DNA of 64,000 nt. Source: a virus. Taxonomy: Duplodnaviria; Caudoviricetes. The stretch lies in IMG/VR virus record IMGVR_UViG_3300025389_001063; one strand, 5' to 3'. The translations under genes and the position numbers were made by a program. Position 1 is the first letter of the stretch; each line of letters opens with the position of its first letter. Below, piece after piece: positions 54,792 through 64,000 of this stretch. The notes under the pieces are model-generated. The model was not told the DNA's origin, ran no database searches, and saw only the letters and a list, made by a program, of their open reading frames with translations.

Positions 54792-54968
54792 ATGATAATA
54801 TGTTCATGTCGCACAGTATGCACCCGAAAGATTAAGGAATGCATGGATCGTCTTCCAAATCCAACTGTCAAGACAATATTAAAAGAACTCAACTGGACGC
54901 CCGAATGTGCCACTTGTGCCAAAAGTATAGTAAAAGAAATTAATTCTATGTTGGATCAGAAGCAATGA
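54792..54968 (+). CDS. Bfd-like [2Fe-2S] ferredoxin, 58 aa (not in track)
   Basis: MIICSC...ECATCA (CxC ... CxxC); TAAATA 5 nt before ATG. Confidence 0.7.
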   Translation: MIICSCRTVCTRKIKECMDRLPNPTVKTILKELNWTPECATCAKSIVKEINSMLDQKQ

Positions 54969-55150
54969 CTGCAAGACAAAAAGAAATTCAAGGATATGTT
55001 ATTATCGGATTGTTAATATTTTCTTATTGGGTAGGTCAAGTTTATAGTGTTACCCAAAAAGGTATTGAGCATTCTTATGAAATGGAGCAGAAAACTGGTA
55101 AACATTGGATTATGGATCTACAAGGGAAACCCCTCGGAGATACATATTAA
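54965..55150 (+). CDS. Small membrane protein
   Basis: Single hydrophobic helix, ATGA-coupled. Confidence 0.55.
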   Translation: MTARQKEIQGYVIIGLLIFSYWVGQVYSVTQKGIEHSYEMEQKTGKHWIMDLQGKPLGDTY

Positions 55151-56070
55151 TGTATAAAAAATTTATTGTGGAACTATCTAAACATAAAGATGATATAGAT
55201 TCAGTAATTTGTGAATTTGATATTCAAAAAGATAATTTATCGCAATCATGGGCAAAAGAAATCAATAACAATTATCCATTTTATGAACAAGATAGATTTA
55301 CATATTGGCCCAATAATGGCAAGGATGAGGAACACTTTGCTAAGAAATTAAATGAACAAATCGATATAATAAACAAAACGTATCCCGGAAGAGTTACATT
55401 AAAAGCAAGTCCAGATATGGACCAACAAACAATGAATGAGATGCATGTCTTTTTTGAAAGACTTCGAGGGCCTATCGAAAGTCCATTAGAATGGTATCTT
55501 AATGCTACAGATGATGTTAAAAAAGCAATCGAGCGTCTTAATCTTTTAGTTCATGAATATGAATATAAGCAACTTAATAAAGAATTAGAAAAACTTACAG
55601 AACATCCAAATGCCATGATTGTGGGAACATATGAACCAAAACCTAGATTTAAATTAACTAATGACGAATACAAATTGTTTACATATAGGTATACGTTTGG
55701 AACAGTTTATATTAATTATTGTGTAGTTGGTAAGCCAATCCTTGATGTATTTTTAAATCAGGATGAAGATATAGGAAATGATAATATTCGTCCACAGGAT
55801 CACTGGTCTGCTGATTGGATGATTAAATTTGGAGCAGCATTACCAGAATGGAAAGTTACAGAAATGGAAAAAGATTTCTGGAAATGGTTTGAAAGCAAAG
55901 AAGATTTTTTTAATAATTTGGGTATATTAAGAGGACCTAAAATGTCTTTAGGACAGATACCTGTTGCACAATTAAATCGTGAGTGTTTATTATGTTATGG
56001 TTTAAGCAATTTAGAAATAGTAAACAAATTATCTCCATACCAATATTTAAAATCAACTCGGGTTGAATAG
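55150..56070 (+). CDS. Hypothetical protein
   Basis: RLNLLVHEYE, YINYCVVGK motifs; ATG 55150. Confidence 0.7.
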   Translation: MYKKFIVELSKHKDDIDSVICEFDIQKDNLSQSWAKEINNNYPFYEQDRFTYWPNNGKDEEHFAKKLNEQIDIINKTYPGRVTLKASPDMDQQTMNEMHVFFERLRGPIESPLEWYLNATDDVKKAIERLNLLVHEYEYKQLNKELEKLTEHPNAMIVGTYEPKPRFKLTNDEYKLFTYRYTFGTVYINYCVVGKPILDVFLNQDEDIGNDNIRPQDHWSADWMIKFGAALPEWKVTEMEKDFWKWFESKEDFFNNLGILRGPKMSLGQIPVAQLNRECLLCYGLSNLEIVNKLSPYQYLKSTRVE

Positions 56071-56117
56071 GTTGACACAAATCCTACATTGTATATAATA
56101 TAGGAAAGTGAGGAACC

Positions 56118-57416
56118 ATGCATCAGATTATCCAAGAACTCGAATCCGATAATAGTCGTCTTGCTAAAGAAGCAATTCTATTGCGTGAAGCAAATGCTAA
56201 CAATATGGAATTCTTTGCGGGATGTCGTCTAGCATATGATGCTAAGATTACTTTTGGAATTAAGCAACTTCCAGAATCAACAGAAGACGGACCCGGATTG
56301 CTTTGGAATGATTTTAGAACAACAGTTGATCAATTCATTCACAGAAACATTACTGGTAATATGGCTAGAATGTATCTTGCGGAATTAATGGCTACTGCTA
56401 CTAAGGATCAATGGAATGGTTGGTACCGACGTATCCTCATTAAAGATTTACGTTGTGGTATTAGTGATAAGAGTATCAACAGTGCTGCTAAGAAAGCAGA
56501 CAAACCACATCTTATGGTTCCAGTATTCACTTGTCAACTAGCACATGATGGAGCAAACCATGAATCAAAGATTACAGGACACAAACAAATTGAAGTCAAA
56601 TTGGATGGCGTTAGGATTATTACTATTGTATATCCTAATGGGCGTGTTGATCAGTTTAGCCGCAACGGAAAAGAACTTGTTAACTTCCCACATATTCGAA
56701 ACGAATTTACAAAAATGGCTAAAGACATAAATGAACCTATGGTCTTTGACGGCGAGATTATGAGTAGTTCATTTCAGGACTTAATGAAACAAGTACATCG
56801 AAAAGATAATGTTCAAGCACAAGATGCTACATTATATCTTTTTGATTGGTTAACTCTTAAAGAATTTGAAGAAGGTAGGAGCAACGTTGCTCAAATTAAT
56901 CGCAGCAACCTACTTAGTCAATTCCTCAAAGCATACAATTTCGATTCCATTGAGCAACTTGGATTTGAATTTGTAAATCTTGACAACGAGGAAGGTAAGA
57001 AACGTTTTGCCGAGATTAATGCTTATGCTATTGAAAATGGTTATGAAGGTATTATGATTAAAGACGTTGATGCTCCTTATGAATGTAAAAGGTCAACTGC
57101 TTGGCTCAAACAGAAACCTTTTATTGAAGTTAGTCTTGCTGTTAAGGATGTTGAAGAAGGCACAGGTCGCAATGAAGGACGACTTGGTGCATTAGTTTGT
57201 GAAGGAGAAGATGATGGGAAATTTATCAGGGTTAATGTGGGTAGCGGATTTACTGATGATAATCGTAGTAGTTATTGGTCCTCTCGCAGCCTTTTACTGG
57301 GCAGCGTTGTGGAAGTAAGAGCAGATGCTATTACTCAAAATCAAGATGGAACTTATAGTTTGCGATTCCCTCGTTTCTTAAGGTTCCGTGGATTCGAGTC
57401 TGGAGAGAAACTATAG
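56118..57416 (+). CDS. lig: ATP-dependent DNA ligase
   Basis: EVKLDGVR, FDGEI, GYEGIMIK, WLKQKP, VGSGF, SLRFPRF; TTGACA promoter at 56072. Confidence 0.95.
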   Translation: MHQIIQELESDNSRLAKEAILLREANANNMEFFAGCRLAYDAKITFGIKQLPESTEDGPGLLWNDFRTTVDQFIHRNITGNMARMYLAELMATATKDQWNGWYRRILIKDLRCGISDKSINSAAKKADKPHLMVPVFTCQLAHDGANHESKITGHKQIEVKLDGVRIITIVYPNGRVDQFSRNGKELVNFPHIRNEFTKMAKDINEPMVFDGEIMSSSFQDLMKQVHRKDNVQAQDATLYLFDWLTLKEFEEGRSNVAQINRSNLLSQFLKAYNFDSIEQLGFEFVNLDNEEGKKRFAEINAYAIENGYEGIMIKDVDAPYECKRSTAWLKQKPFIEVSLAVKDVEEGTGRNEGRLGALVCEGEDDGKFIRVNVGSGFTDDNRSSYWSSRSLLLGSVVEVRADAITQNQDGTYSLRFPRFLRFRGFESGEKL

Positions 57417-57442
57417 TTACTCAGTTCTTAAAAGAACCTTTT

Positions 57443-58189
57443 ATGTATCGAGCAAATACTCAAGACATTGTTCTTGCAACGGATCAATATGATCCAAGCA
57501 AAGGAAAACATATAAAATATAAATTCAACAATTATGGTTTTAGATGTGACGACTTTGATCACTGGGAGAAACATCCGTTAAGGGTAGTATTCACTGGATG
57601 TAGTTATTCGGAAGGAGTTGGTTTATCATTAGAAAATACATGGCCTAAGATTATTCATAAAAACCTTTGTGATGATTTTGGACTTATGCCTTTCTGGAAT
57701 CTATCTGCCGCAGCAAGTGGATTAGATCATATTGTCAAATATCTTTATCATTATGGGGATATGTTACATCCACAAATTGTAATTTGTTATCTTCCTAATA
57801 TTGAAAGAAGAGAAAGATGGGTTGGAGATTATTTTACTGCTAATACTCCAACTCCGATGTATGATAAGCTTAATAAAACATTTTTAAAAGAAGAATTTAT
57901 ATCTTATCAAACTGAAAAAGATTTTGTAATGTTAAATTTGTTGTTAGAAAAATTAGACAGTTATATGATATTCCACCCTGCTGTTAATGATATAGATATA
58001 TCATATATGAATTTATTGAACATACAACAGATAGACTTTAATGCCGATATCATGTATCATGACACTAAATTAGATGTAGCTAGAGATAACATGCACCCGG
58101 GTCCTAGATCGAATATTGAATTTGCTTCTAGACTGTACAATCAAATTAGAAAAATATCTAAAGAGAGGCTCAATGTTAATAGGATTTAG
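57443..58189 (+). CDS. SGNH-like protein, family B paralog 3
   Basis: YKFNNYGFRCDDF, FTGCSYSEG, DNMHPGPRSN. Confidence 0.7.
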   Translation: MYRANTQDIVLATDQYDPSKGKHIKYKFNNYGFRCDDFDHWEKHPLRVVFTGCSYSEGVGLSLENTWPKIIHKNLCDDFGLMPFWNLSAAASGLDHIVKYLYHYGDMLHPQIVICYLPNIERRERWVGDYFTANTPTPMYDKLNKTFLKEEFISYQTEKDFVMLNLLLEKLDSYMIFHPAVNDIDISYMNLLNIQQIDFNADIMYHDTKLDVARDNMHPGPRSNIEFASRLYNQIRKISKERLNVNRI

Positions 58190-58547
58190 TATATCGAGAT
58201 GTATATCTGATATAATGGAAGATAAAGTTGATCCTGATGATATACTTCTTATCATAGGAAGAACTTACTTTGATCTTGATAGTATAGATCAACTTATCAC
58301 CGAGTATCAACATATGGGGCCTTGGTACGACTATGATAAGGATAAATTGAAAAATATATTAACAACATTATGGAAGTCGGGTAAAATACATCAACCTAGA
58401 AGATTTGGAGTACAACCTCCTTCTATGCCAAGAAGTAAGATATGGATGCGAGTTATACTTGATCAAAAAGATATGCCTAAACCCGCACAAGATGCTTGGG
58501 ATAAGTTTATAGTATTAGCAAGTCTATATGGAGCAAAGGGTGATTAA
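58173..58547 (+). CDS. Hypothetical protein
   Basis: MLIGFSISRCI..., GKIHQPR; ATG 58173. Confidence 0.7.
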   Translation: MLIGFSISRCISDIMEDKVDPDDILLIIGRTYFDLDSIDQLITEYQHMGPWYDYDKDKLKNILTTLWKSGKIHQPRRFGVQPPSMPRSKIWMRVILDQKDMPKPAQDAWDKFIVLASLYGAKGD

Positions 58548-59139
58548 GGTACAAGGAAAGATTCCACGAGATGTTGGTGTTGCTGTAAGTGGCGGCATCG
58601 ATAGTATGGTTATCTTAAACTTCCTTCGTCGCAATCACAATGTCACTGCTTATAATTTTGATCACGGAACTAAGTTTGGTGGGAAGGCTGCTGACTTTGT
58701 AATCTCATATTGTAAACAGGCTAACATTCCCTATAAATTAGGACATATTAAGAATTATAGACCTAAGGGTGTAAGTAAAGAAGAACATTGGCGTAATGAA
58801 AGATATGCTTGGCTAACAGAACAAGACCAAACTATTGTTCTTGGACATCACCTAGATGATTGTTTAGAATCTTATGTGTTTAATATGTGTAATGGTAAAG
58901 ACTATACTATTCCATATAGACATGCTAATTGTATTCGTCCATTTAGATTAAACAAAAAAGATACATTAGCAGAGTGGGCATTGAATAATTTAATTATTTG
59001 GATAGAAGATCCAAGTAACAACGATTATTCTTTTAGACGTAACCACATCAGATGTAGTGTCCTTCCTTCTGTATTAAAAGTCAATCCAGGATTCTATAAG
59101 ATAATCGCTAAACGTCTTGCTGCCGAAGAAGTGGAGTAA
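58540..59139 (+). CDS. tilS: tRNA(Ile)-lysidine synthetase, catalytic domain only
   Basis: PP-loop AVSGGIDS, FDHG, RNERY, GHHLDD..E, RPF, WIEDPSN, RRNHIR; GTG start. Confidence 0.88.
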   Translation: MIKVQGKIPRDVGVAVSGGIDSMVILNFLRRNHNVTAYNFDHGTKFGGKAADFVISYCKQANIPYKLGHIKNYRPKGVSKEEHWRNERYAWLTEQDQTIVLGHHLDDCLESYVFNMCNGKDYTIPYRHANCIRPFRLNKKDTLAEWALNNLIIWIEDPSNNDYSFRRNHIRCSVLPSVLKVNPGFYKIIAKRLAAEEVE

Positions 59140-59146
59140 ATACATA

Positions 59147-59494
59147 ATGACTGTTTCTCTTCCAACAACTAAACAAGCACGTCGTATCTTTACTGCGGCA
59201 ATGAAGAGGCATGGAGTTATTATCGAAAAGTCAAAGACTAGAGATAAGGTAAGTCTATCTGGAGTTGATTATGATCTTTGGATAAAACTTTTTAGAGATG
59301 ACTCTATAAGACCTAAATTAAGAACAGTTGAGTTTCATGTTACATATGAAGATATGGATCAACTAATCGATGCTATGAATGAATTTGAATCTGTAATGGT
59401 TCTCAGTGGAAAAATATTCGACAATAGAAAGCATTGGAAATATCGTTACGGATCCAATCACAAATTAATTAAAGTTTTATCTGTTTTAGAATAA
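59147..59494 (+). CDS. Hypothetical protein
   Basis: TAAATA 4 nt before ATG 59147. Confidence 0.6.
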   Translation: MTVSLPTTKQARRIFTAAMKRHGVIIEKSKTRDKVSLSGVDYDLWIKLFRDDSIRPKLRTVEFHVTYEDMDQLIDAMNEFESVMVLSGKIFDNRKHWKYRYGSNHKLIKVLSVLE

Positions 59495-60793
59495 TTGGTC
59501 TATGTGCCAAGTAAGTTCTGGAAAAGTCTTACAAAAGTCTGTACCTCTAACATCGTCCATTCTTTGATACCAGAATTTAAAATTTTTATTCTCATTAGAT
59601 TCTTTTAGAGCGTTTCTAAATTTTTCCATATTTCCTTTAATAATTTTTGTAGCAAATACTCTCACATTAGAATTTTTCAAAGGAATTAAAGTATCAATAT
59701 ACCATTCTTCAAATTCGTTGAATTTTTGATTTAGATATTCTTTCCATTCTGGGGTTGCAATAGATATCGATAAATGTTTAGGATGCATTAATATGATTGT
59801 AGCTATATCAACGTCCCATGCAACTGAATTGTAGAAAGCATAAGGAAATAAATCGTTCAAATAGAAAAATTCTATAATATCTTTCATTCTATGTGCATTT
59901 AGAATATTCCAAGTCGGAGTAATAGACCAATGTTTATCAACGCTATTTAATGATTGATTTATTATTTTAATGTTATTAACAATTGCATCTCTATCTGAGG
60001 GGTATCTTATATAATGTAATCTTTCTGGGTCAACCTCATCAATACTAACGATTACTTTACATCTTTTCATTTTATTCCAATAATCAACGATATAATGATC
60101 TTTGTAATAAAGATTAGTTAAGTTAGTGCTATACATAAATTCTACTTTATCTAATTTTTCTAACCTATTTAATTCAGAAAGTATTTCATAATGTTCGGGA
60201 TGTAATAATGGCTCCCCACCTGCAAAATAGATATTATCTACAACTTTTGCCTGTGTTTTAATTGTATTAATAAAATTTTCTTTATTTTCTTTACTACTGT
60301 AGATTTTAAAGTCATCTGCATCATTTGGCCACATTCTTTTTTTTAGTTCAACCCAACTACTACTATAATCGGGTCCACAACCAACACAAGCAAGATTGCA
60401 GAGATTATTAAAACGAAAATCCCATCTATAGAGATTCATTGAATCTAAATGTCCGTCGGGTTCGGTGTTAGGAATCAATTCATCGTATTTGTTGTAATAT
60501 AGTTGATTCCAGTGTTTCCTATAACTAGACATACTTCCCCATTCTTCTTCTTTATAACATCTTTCACATTGGGGACATTCTTTTTCTTCTAATATATTTT
60601 TTCTAAATTCTTTATATTTCTCGTTGTTCCAAATATCTTCGATACTATCTTTATAAAGATTTCCAAAGACTCCATCTCGAGCAACACAACATGGAAGTAT
60701 ATCACCGTTTGGGTTATTATTAATACTAACCCAAGGTGCCATACAAAATACTTTACTCTTGTTTAGTCTAAAGTTTTTTTCTGTATTGCTCAT
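59486..60793 (-). CDS. Twitch/SPASM-domain radical SAM protein
   Basis: N-terminal CMAPW...PCC...CERC; CNLACVGC; FAGGEPL; STNLT. Confidence 0.88.
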   Translation of the reverse strand: MSNTEKNFRLNKSKVFCMAPWVSINNNPNGDILPCCVARDGVFGNLYKDSIEDIWNNEKYKEFRKNILEEKECPQCERCYKEEEWGSMSSYRKHWNQLYYNKYDELIPNTEPDGHLDSMNLYRWDFRFNNLCNLACVGCGPDYSSSWVELKKRMWPNDADDFKIYSSKENKENFINTIKTQAKVVDNIYFAGGEPLLHPEHYEILSELNRLEKLDKVEFMYSTNLTNLYYKDHYIVDYWNKMKRCKVIVSIDEVDPERLHYIRYPSDRDAIVNNIKIINQSLNSVDKHWSITPTWNILNAHRMKDIIEFFYLNDLFPYAFYNSVAWDVDIATIILMHPKHLSISIATPEWKEYLNQKFNEFEEWYIDTLIPLKNSNVRVFATKIIKGNMEKFRNALKESNENKNFKFWYQRMDDVRGTDFCKTFPELTWHIDQLF

Positions 60794-62771
60794 GTATTGT
60801 CTCTCTTACAACTTCTTTATCTGTTTTCCAATCACTTATATGACCTTTTCTAACTATCTTTTCTTTAAAGAATTCTTCTAATTCGTGATCGATAGTTAAT
60901 TGAAAATTATCATCTTCGTCTATTTCAAATAATACGTTAGTAGTATATCTTCTTGCGAGTAAATCTCCAAACAATAAAATATCTTTGTCAGGATCACACC
61001 TAAACTGAAATTTTACGCCTTTAAAGTATTTTGTCAACATATAACAAAAAGCAACATATTCATTTGCAATAGATCCTTCAAGATTATTGTCGAATTGAAA
61101 AAAGTTTACTTTAAAATCTTGTTCTTGAGTTTCTATTTCTAAATTTTCTATAAAAGAAAACTCATAATGATCTTTAATATTATATCCATGAGAATTAGAT
61201 ATAATACTACCACTATATTGATCTATTATTTGTAACCAAATATGAAACATTTTAAGTCTAAGAAATCTATGAACTATTGTATTTTTGAAATCTTTAGTAG
61301 ACCAAGATTTTAAAAATGAGTTATAAGAAGGACTTGTTCCATTTCCAATAATATTATATTCTTCATAATTAGTAACTGAATGACTTTGAGCAGCAATTCC
61401 AGCAGTAGCTCCAGGACTAATTGCTTTCATATATTTTCTAATATTAAATAAAAGTTGCATACTATGAAAATGATCGATAGGTTCTTCTGTGGCAAATCCT
61501 ATCATCCAATTAGCATGGGTATGAATTCCAGATTCATAACTGTCTTTAAAATTATTTTCTATTTCCCAGATTTTTATTTTCTTTCTCATATCGTCTAGTA
61601 TTTTTTGACTTCCTGATTCGACCCCAAAACTAAGACCAACTCCTCCGCTTTGTCTAATTTTCTTGAAGAATTCTTTATCCATTCTTCCATCACATCTAGC
61701 ATAACTATTCCAATTTATATGCAATTTTCTTTCAATAATAAGATCAACTATTCTCTCAAAGTTTTTAATATTACCATTGATAAGGCTATCTACAAACCAT
61801 ACTCTCAAAACATTATGTTTATTAACTTGATATTCTATTTCATCTACCACACGTTCTGCTTTTAAACTCCTGAAATCCCAAAAATAAGTTTCAGCACAGA
61901 AAGAACATTGGGCAACACATCCACGAGAAGTTTCCATACTAATTCCGTAAACCAAATAATTTTCTAGGTTATAATCTGAATAATCTGGATATGGATATTT
62001 CTCTAAAGAAAGTCTACTTTTAGTAGATCCAACTATTTCATTAGAAGGAAGTTTTTTTGGAAGATTAGATAAAAGATTTAATAAATTTTCTTCACTTTCA
62101 CCTATAAAGAAATAATTGATACATTCTTTATCTTTTTTTAAAATTGCATGTAGTCCTGTAATAGTTTCTGGTCCACCTACAATAATACAAATATCTTTAT
62201 TATGTTCTCTTATTTTATTTGCCATGTATATAGTAGCATGAACATTAGTATTATAGACACTAAAGCCTACAACCTTAACATTACTTTTTAATATATCATT
62301 AACTGTTTTATCTAATACCGGTTTAATTTTATCAAATATGTATTTTTCAAAATTATCTTTGAAAACCCAATAAAAGAATCTTTCACCTCTCCAATAGTCT
62401 TCACCTGTTAATTCTGTTAATAGATGATAACATTCAATATTAACATCATATGCCTTAACACTATAACCTTCTTTTCTTAATAATGAAGTTAATTTTGCTA
62501 CATTATATGGAGGAAATAGTACTCCCCAAGAAGGAGCAATTACCATAGATATTCTATATAGATTAGTTTTTGACCATTTGACTTTGGGATTTTTAAAAGA
62601 AACTTTATTATTTTTTGTTAGAGGAGAACCGAGATGAGAATTGGCATGATTGGGTTTTTTAGAAATCTCATCTTTAAGAATTTGATCTTTAAGAATTTGA
62701 TCTCTATCACCTGTTAATAATCTTTTAGCCTCTTCGATTTGTTTTAGTAGATCTGGATCTAACTTAGCCAT
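60768..62771 (-). CDS. B12-binding radical SAM protein
   Basis: PPYNVAKL, VGFS, IVGGPE, TSRGCVAQCSFC, FGVESGS. Confidence 0.88.
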   Translation of the reverse strand: MAKLDPDLLKQIEEAKRLLTGDRDQILKDQILKDEISKKPNHANSHLGSPLTKNNKVSFKNPKVKWSKTNLYRISMVIAPSWGVLFPPYNVAKLTSLLRKEGYSVKAYDVNIECYHLLTELTGEDYWRGERFFYWVFKDNFEKYIFDKIKPVLDKTVNDILKSNVKVVGFSVYNTNVHATIYMANKIREHNKDICIIVGGPETITGLHAILKKDKECINYFFIGESEENLLNLLSNLPKKLPSNEIVGSTKSRLSLEKYPYPDYSDYNLENYLVYGISMETSRGCVAQCSFCAETYFWDFRSLKAERVVDEIEYQVNKHNVLRVWFVDSLINGNIKNFERIVDLIIERKLHINWNSYARCDGRMDKEFFKKIRQSGGVGLSFGVESGSQKILDDMRKKIKIWEIENNFKDSYESGIHTHANWMIGFATEEPIDHFHSMQLLFNIRKYMKAISPGATAGIAAQSHSVTNYEEYNIIGNGTSPSYNSFLKSWSTKDFKNTIVHRFLRLKMFHIWLQIIDQYSGSIISNSHGYNIKDHYEFSFIENLEIETQEQDFKVNFFQFDNNLEGSIANEYVAFCYMLTKYFKGVKFQFRCDPDKDILLFGDLLARRYTTNVLFEIDEDDNFQLTIDHELEEFFKEKIVRKGHISDWKTDKEVVRETIHEQYRKKL

Positions 62772-64000
62772 GACGACGGATTATCTAATACCTTTCCTAA
62801 CCAGGGAATATAATCCCTTACATTGTGATTTCGAAGTTCATCTTGACGATCGAGTAGTGTTCTAAACTCAGGCATGAATATTGAATTATCCTGTTGGTTC
62901 ATGAATTTAATAATATTATATATATTATATTCTAAATCCGGTATATCACTGTTTGCAATGTATGAATCATAATACTCAGTGATCATTTTTTTAGCATATG
63001 GTGGAATAGTTTGCACACAATAAGAACGTGGAAATACTAAACGATGCCAGTTAAGATTTGGTCTAAATTTCTTAAATTTTTGTTCATAAAACCAAGTAGC
63101 AAATTCAGGTAGATGCATAATATTAAAAATACTAATAGTAGCATTAGTGCTACCATATAAATGCGGAATATCAATCTCATCAAACATTCTTAAATTACGT
63201 TCAATGACATTCCAATCACTAGGATATCTAACATAATGTGCAAGATCTCCCATAGCATCGATGGACCAGCAAACATCAACTAATTTAAATTGTCTCCATT
63301 GTTCTAATAGATTTTTATTAAGTGTAGTTCCGTTTGTATTATATTCTATCTCGATATTTTTAGCAAAGTCGTTTTCAATACAATAATCTAAAATTTCATA
63401 ATGTTTCTTATTAATCAAAGGCTCGCCACCGGTGAAATATATTCTATTAACTGTAGGTAAAACCTTATGTAAGAAATCATCAAGTTCTGGTTTTTTCCAG
63501 TAATTGAAATCATCTTGTTTAATTTTAAGAATCTTATTTTCTTCTATAATCTCATAAGTTCCGGGTCTGCCATTAATTGTAAATTGACGACCGTATTGAT
63601 AATCTACCCAAAGACTACTATTATCTGGACCACAACTGCGACATGCAAGATTGCAAAGATTTCCAAGTCTTAAATCTAAATATTGAACAGGAAATTTTTC
63701 GTTATCTATATGTCCTGTTGGATCTGCCTCGTCTAATATTTTTTCTAAAGTATCTTTATAGAAAAATTGTTGTCCTTGTCTTTTTGAATGTCTTCCTCCG
63801 AGGTCTTCTTCGTCCCAACACAATTTGCAGATAGGATGTTTTTCTCCGGCTAACATACTCTTTCTGAGTTCAACATATGTTGGATGATTACGTACAACAT
63901 CGATATCGGTTTCTGCAATATTAGAAGCCTTTTCTTCTGTAAATAATCTACCACCTGAATTGTAAACACACATACAGCAAATACCATAATCACCATTTTG
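62759..64000 (-). CDS. Twitch-domain radical SAM protein, 5'-partial
   Basis: Frame open to the window edge (QNGDYGICCM); CKLCW, CNLACRSC, FTGGEPL, YNTNGT. Confidence 0.88.
   Translation of the reverse strand, partial: QNGDYGICCMCVYNSGGRLFTEEKASNIAETDIDVVRNHPTYVELRKSMLAGEKHPICKLCWDEEDLGGRHSKRQGQQFFYKDTLEKILDEADPTGHIDNEKFPVQYLDLRLGNLCNLACRSCGPDNSSLWVDYQYGRQFTINGRPGTYEIIEENKILKIKQDDFNYWKKPELDDFLHKVLPTVNRIYFTGGEPLINKKHYEILDYCIENDFAKNIEIEYNTNGTTLNKNLLEQWRQFKLVDVCWSIDAMGDLAHYVRYPSDWNVIERNLRMFDEIDIPHLYGSTNATISIFNIMHLPEFATWFYEQKFKKFRPNLNWHRLVFPRSYCVQTIPPYAKKMITEYYDSYIANSDIPDLEYNIYNIIKFMNQQDNSIFMPEFRTLLDRQDELRNHNVRDYIPWLGKVLDNPSSWLS

Noticed and set aside
8002-59117. Long N-terminal extensions in track ORFs (8002, 15459, 22527, 26392, 32851, 33879, 40372, 50303, 55105, 58116, 58528, 59117)
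   Set aside because: Downstream starts have SD or promoter support, match paralog N-termini and avoid large overlaps.
1-64000. Stop-codon reassignment
   Set aside because: Long conserved genes read through in the standard code; TAA, TGA and TAG all end recognisable genes; apparent gaps are filled by sub-60-aa ORFs; no suppressor tRNA seen.
1-64000. Prophage or host-chromosome context
   Set aside because: No integrase, att-like junction, rRNA or housekeeping operon; phage-type promoters and gene density persist throughout.

Overview
A 64-kb slice of a large, apparently lytic dsDNA phage genome. It carries a T4-superfamily-type replication/recombination set (gp32, UvsX, UvsY, UvsW, primase, gp41/DnaB, ligase) and a miniature DnaE. 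Host-like accessory genes (MnoP/OprB-type porin, DUF2778/Tlde1, Bfd-like ferredoxin, Gly/Pro-rich secreted proteins) suggest an alphaproteobacterial, probably Hyphomicrobiales, host (inference). Layout: 1-20.4 kb is the replication core interleaved with glycosyltransferases, a desaturase, a cupin and a carbamoyltransferase. 20.4-28 kb is a near-tandem array of eight SGNH/GDSL-like paralogs. 28.4-40 kb is a GC-richer early region of small genes, each punctuated by a conserved sigma70-type promoter, with four tRNAs. 40-42 kb is a control region with operator-like boxes, twin ncRNA candidates and an 11-mer repeat. 42-52 kb holds families of small hypothetical proteins. 52-64 kb has the porin, a second SGNH-like family, ligase, TilS and three radical SAM enzymes. 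The most unusual signals are the late-promoter-driven SGNH array with conserved DNA ends, two homologous promoter-driven non-coding units at 40.2 and 40.8 kb, the promoter-cassette array whose -35 boxes are written into upstream genes' last codons, and hidden sub-60-aa ORFs (ArfA-like, Bfd-like). All family calls come from motif recognition by eye; no database searches were run.
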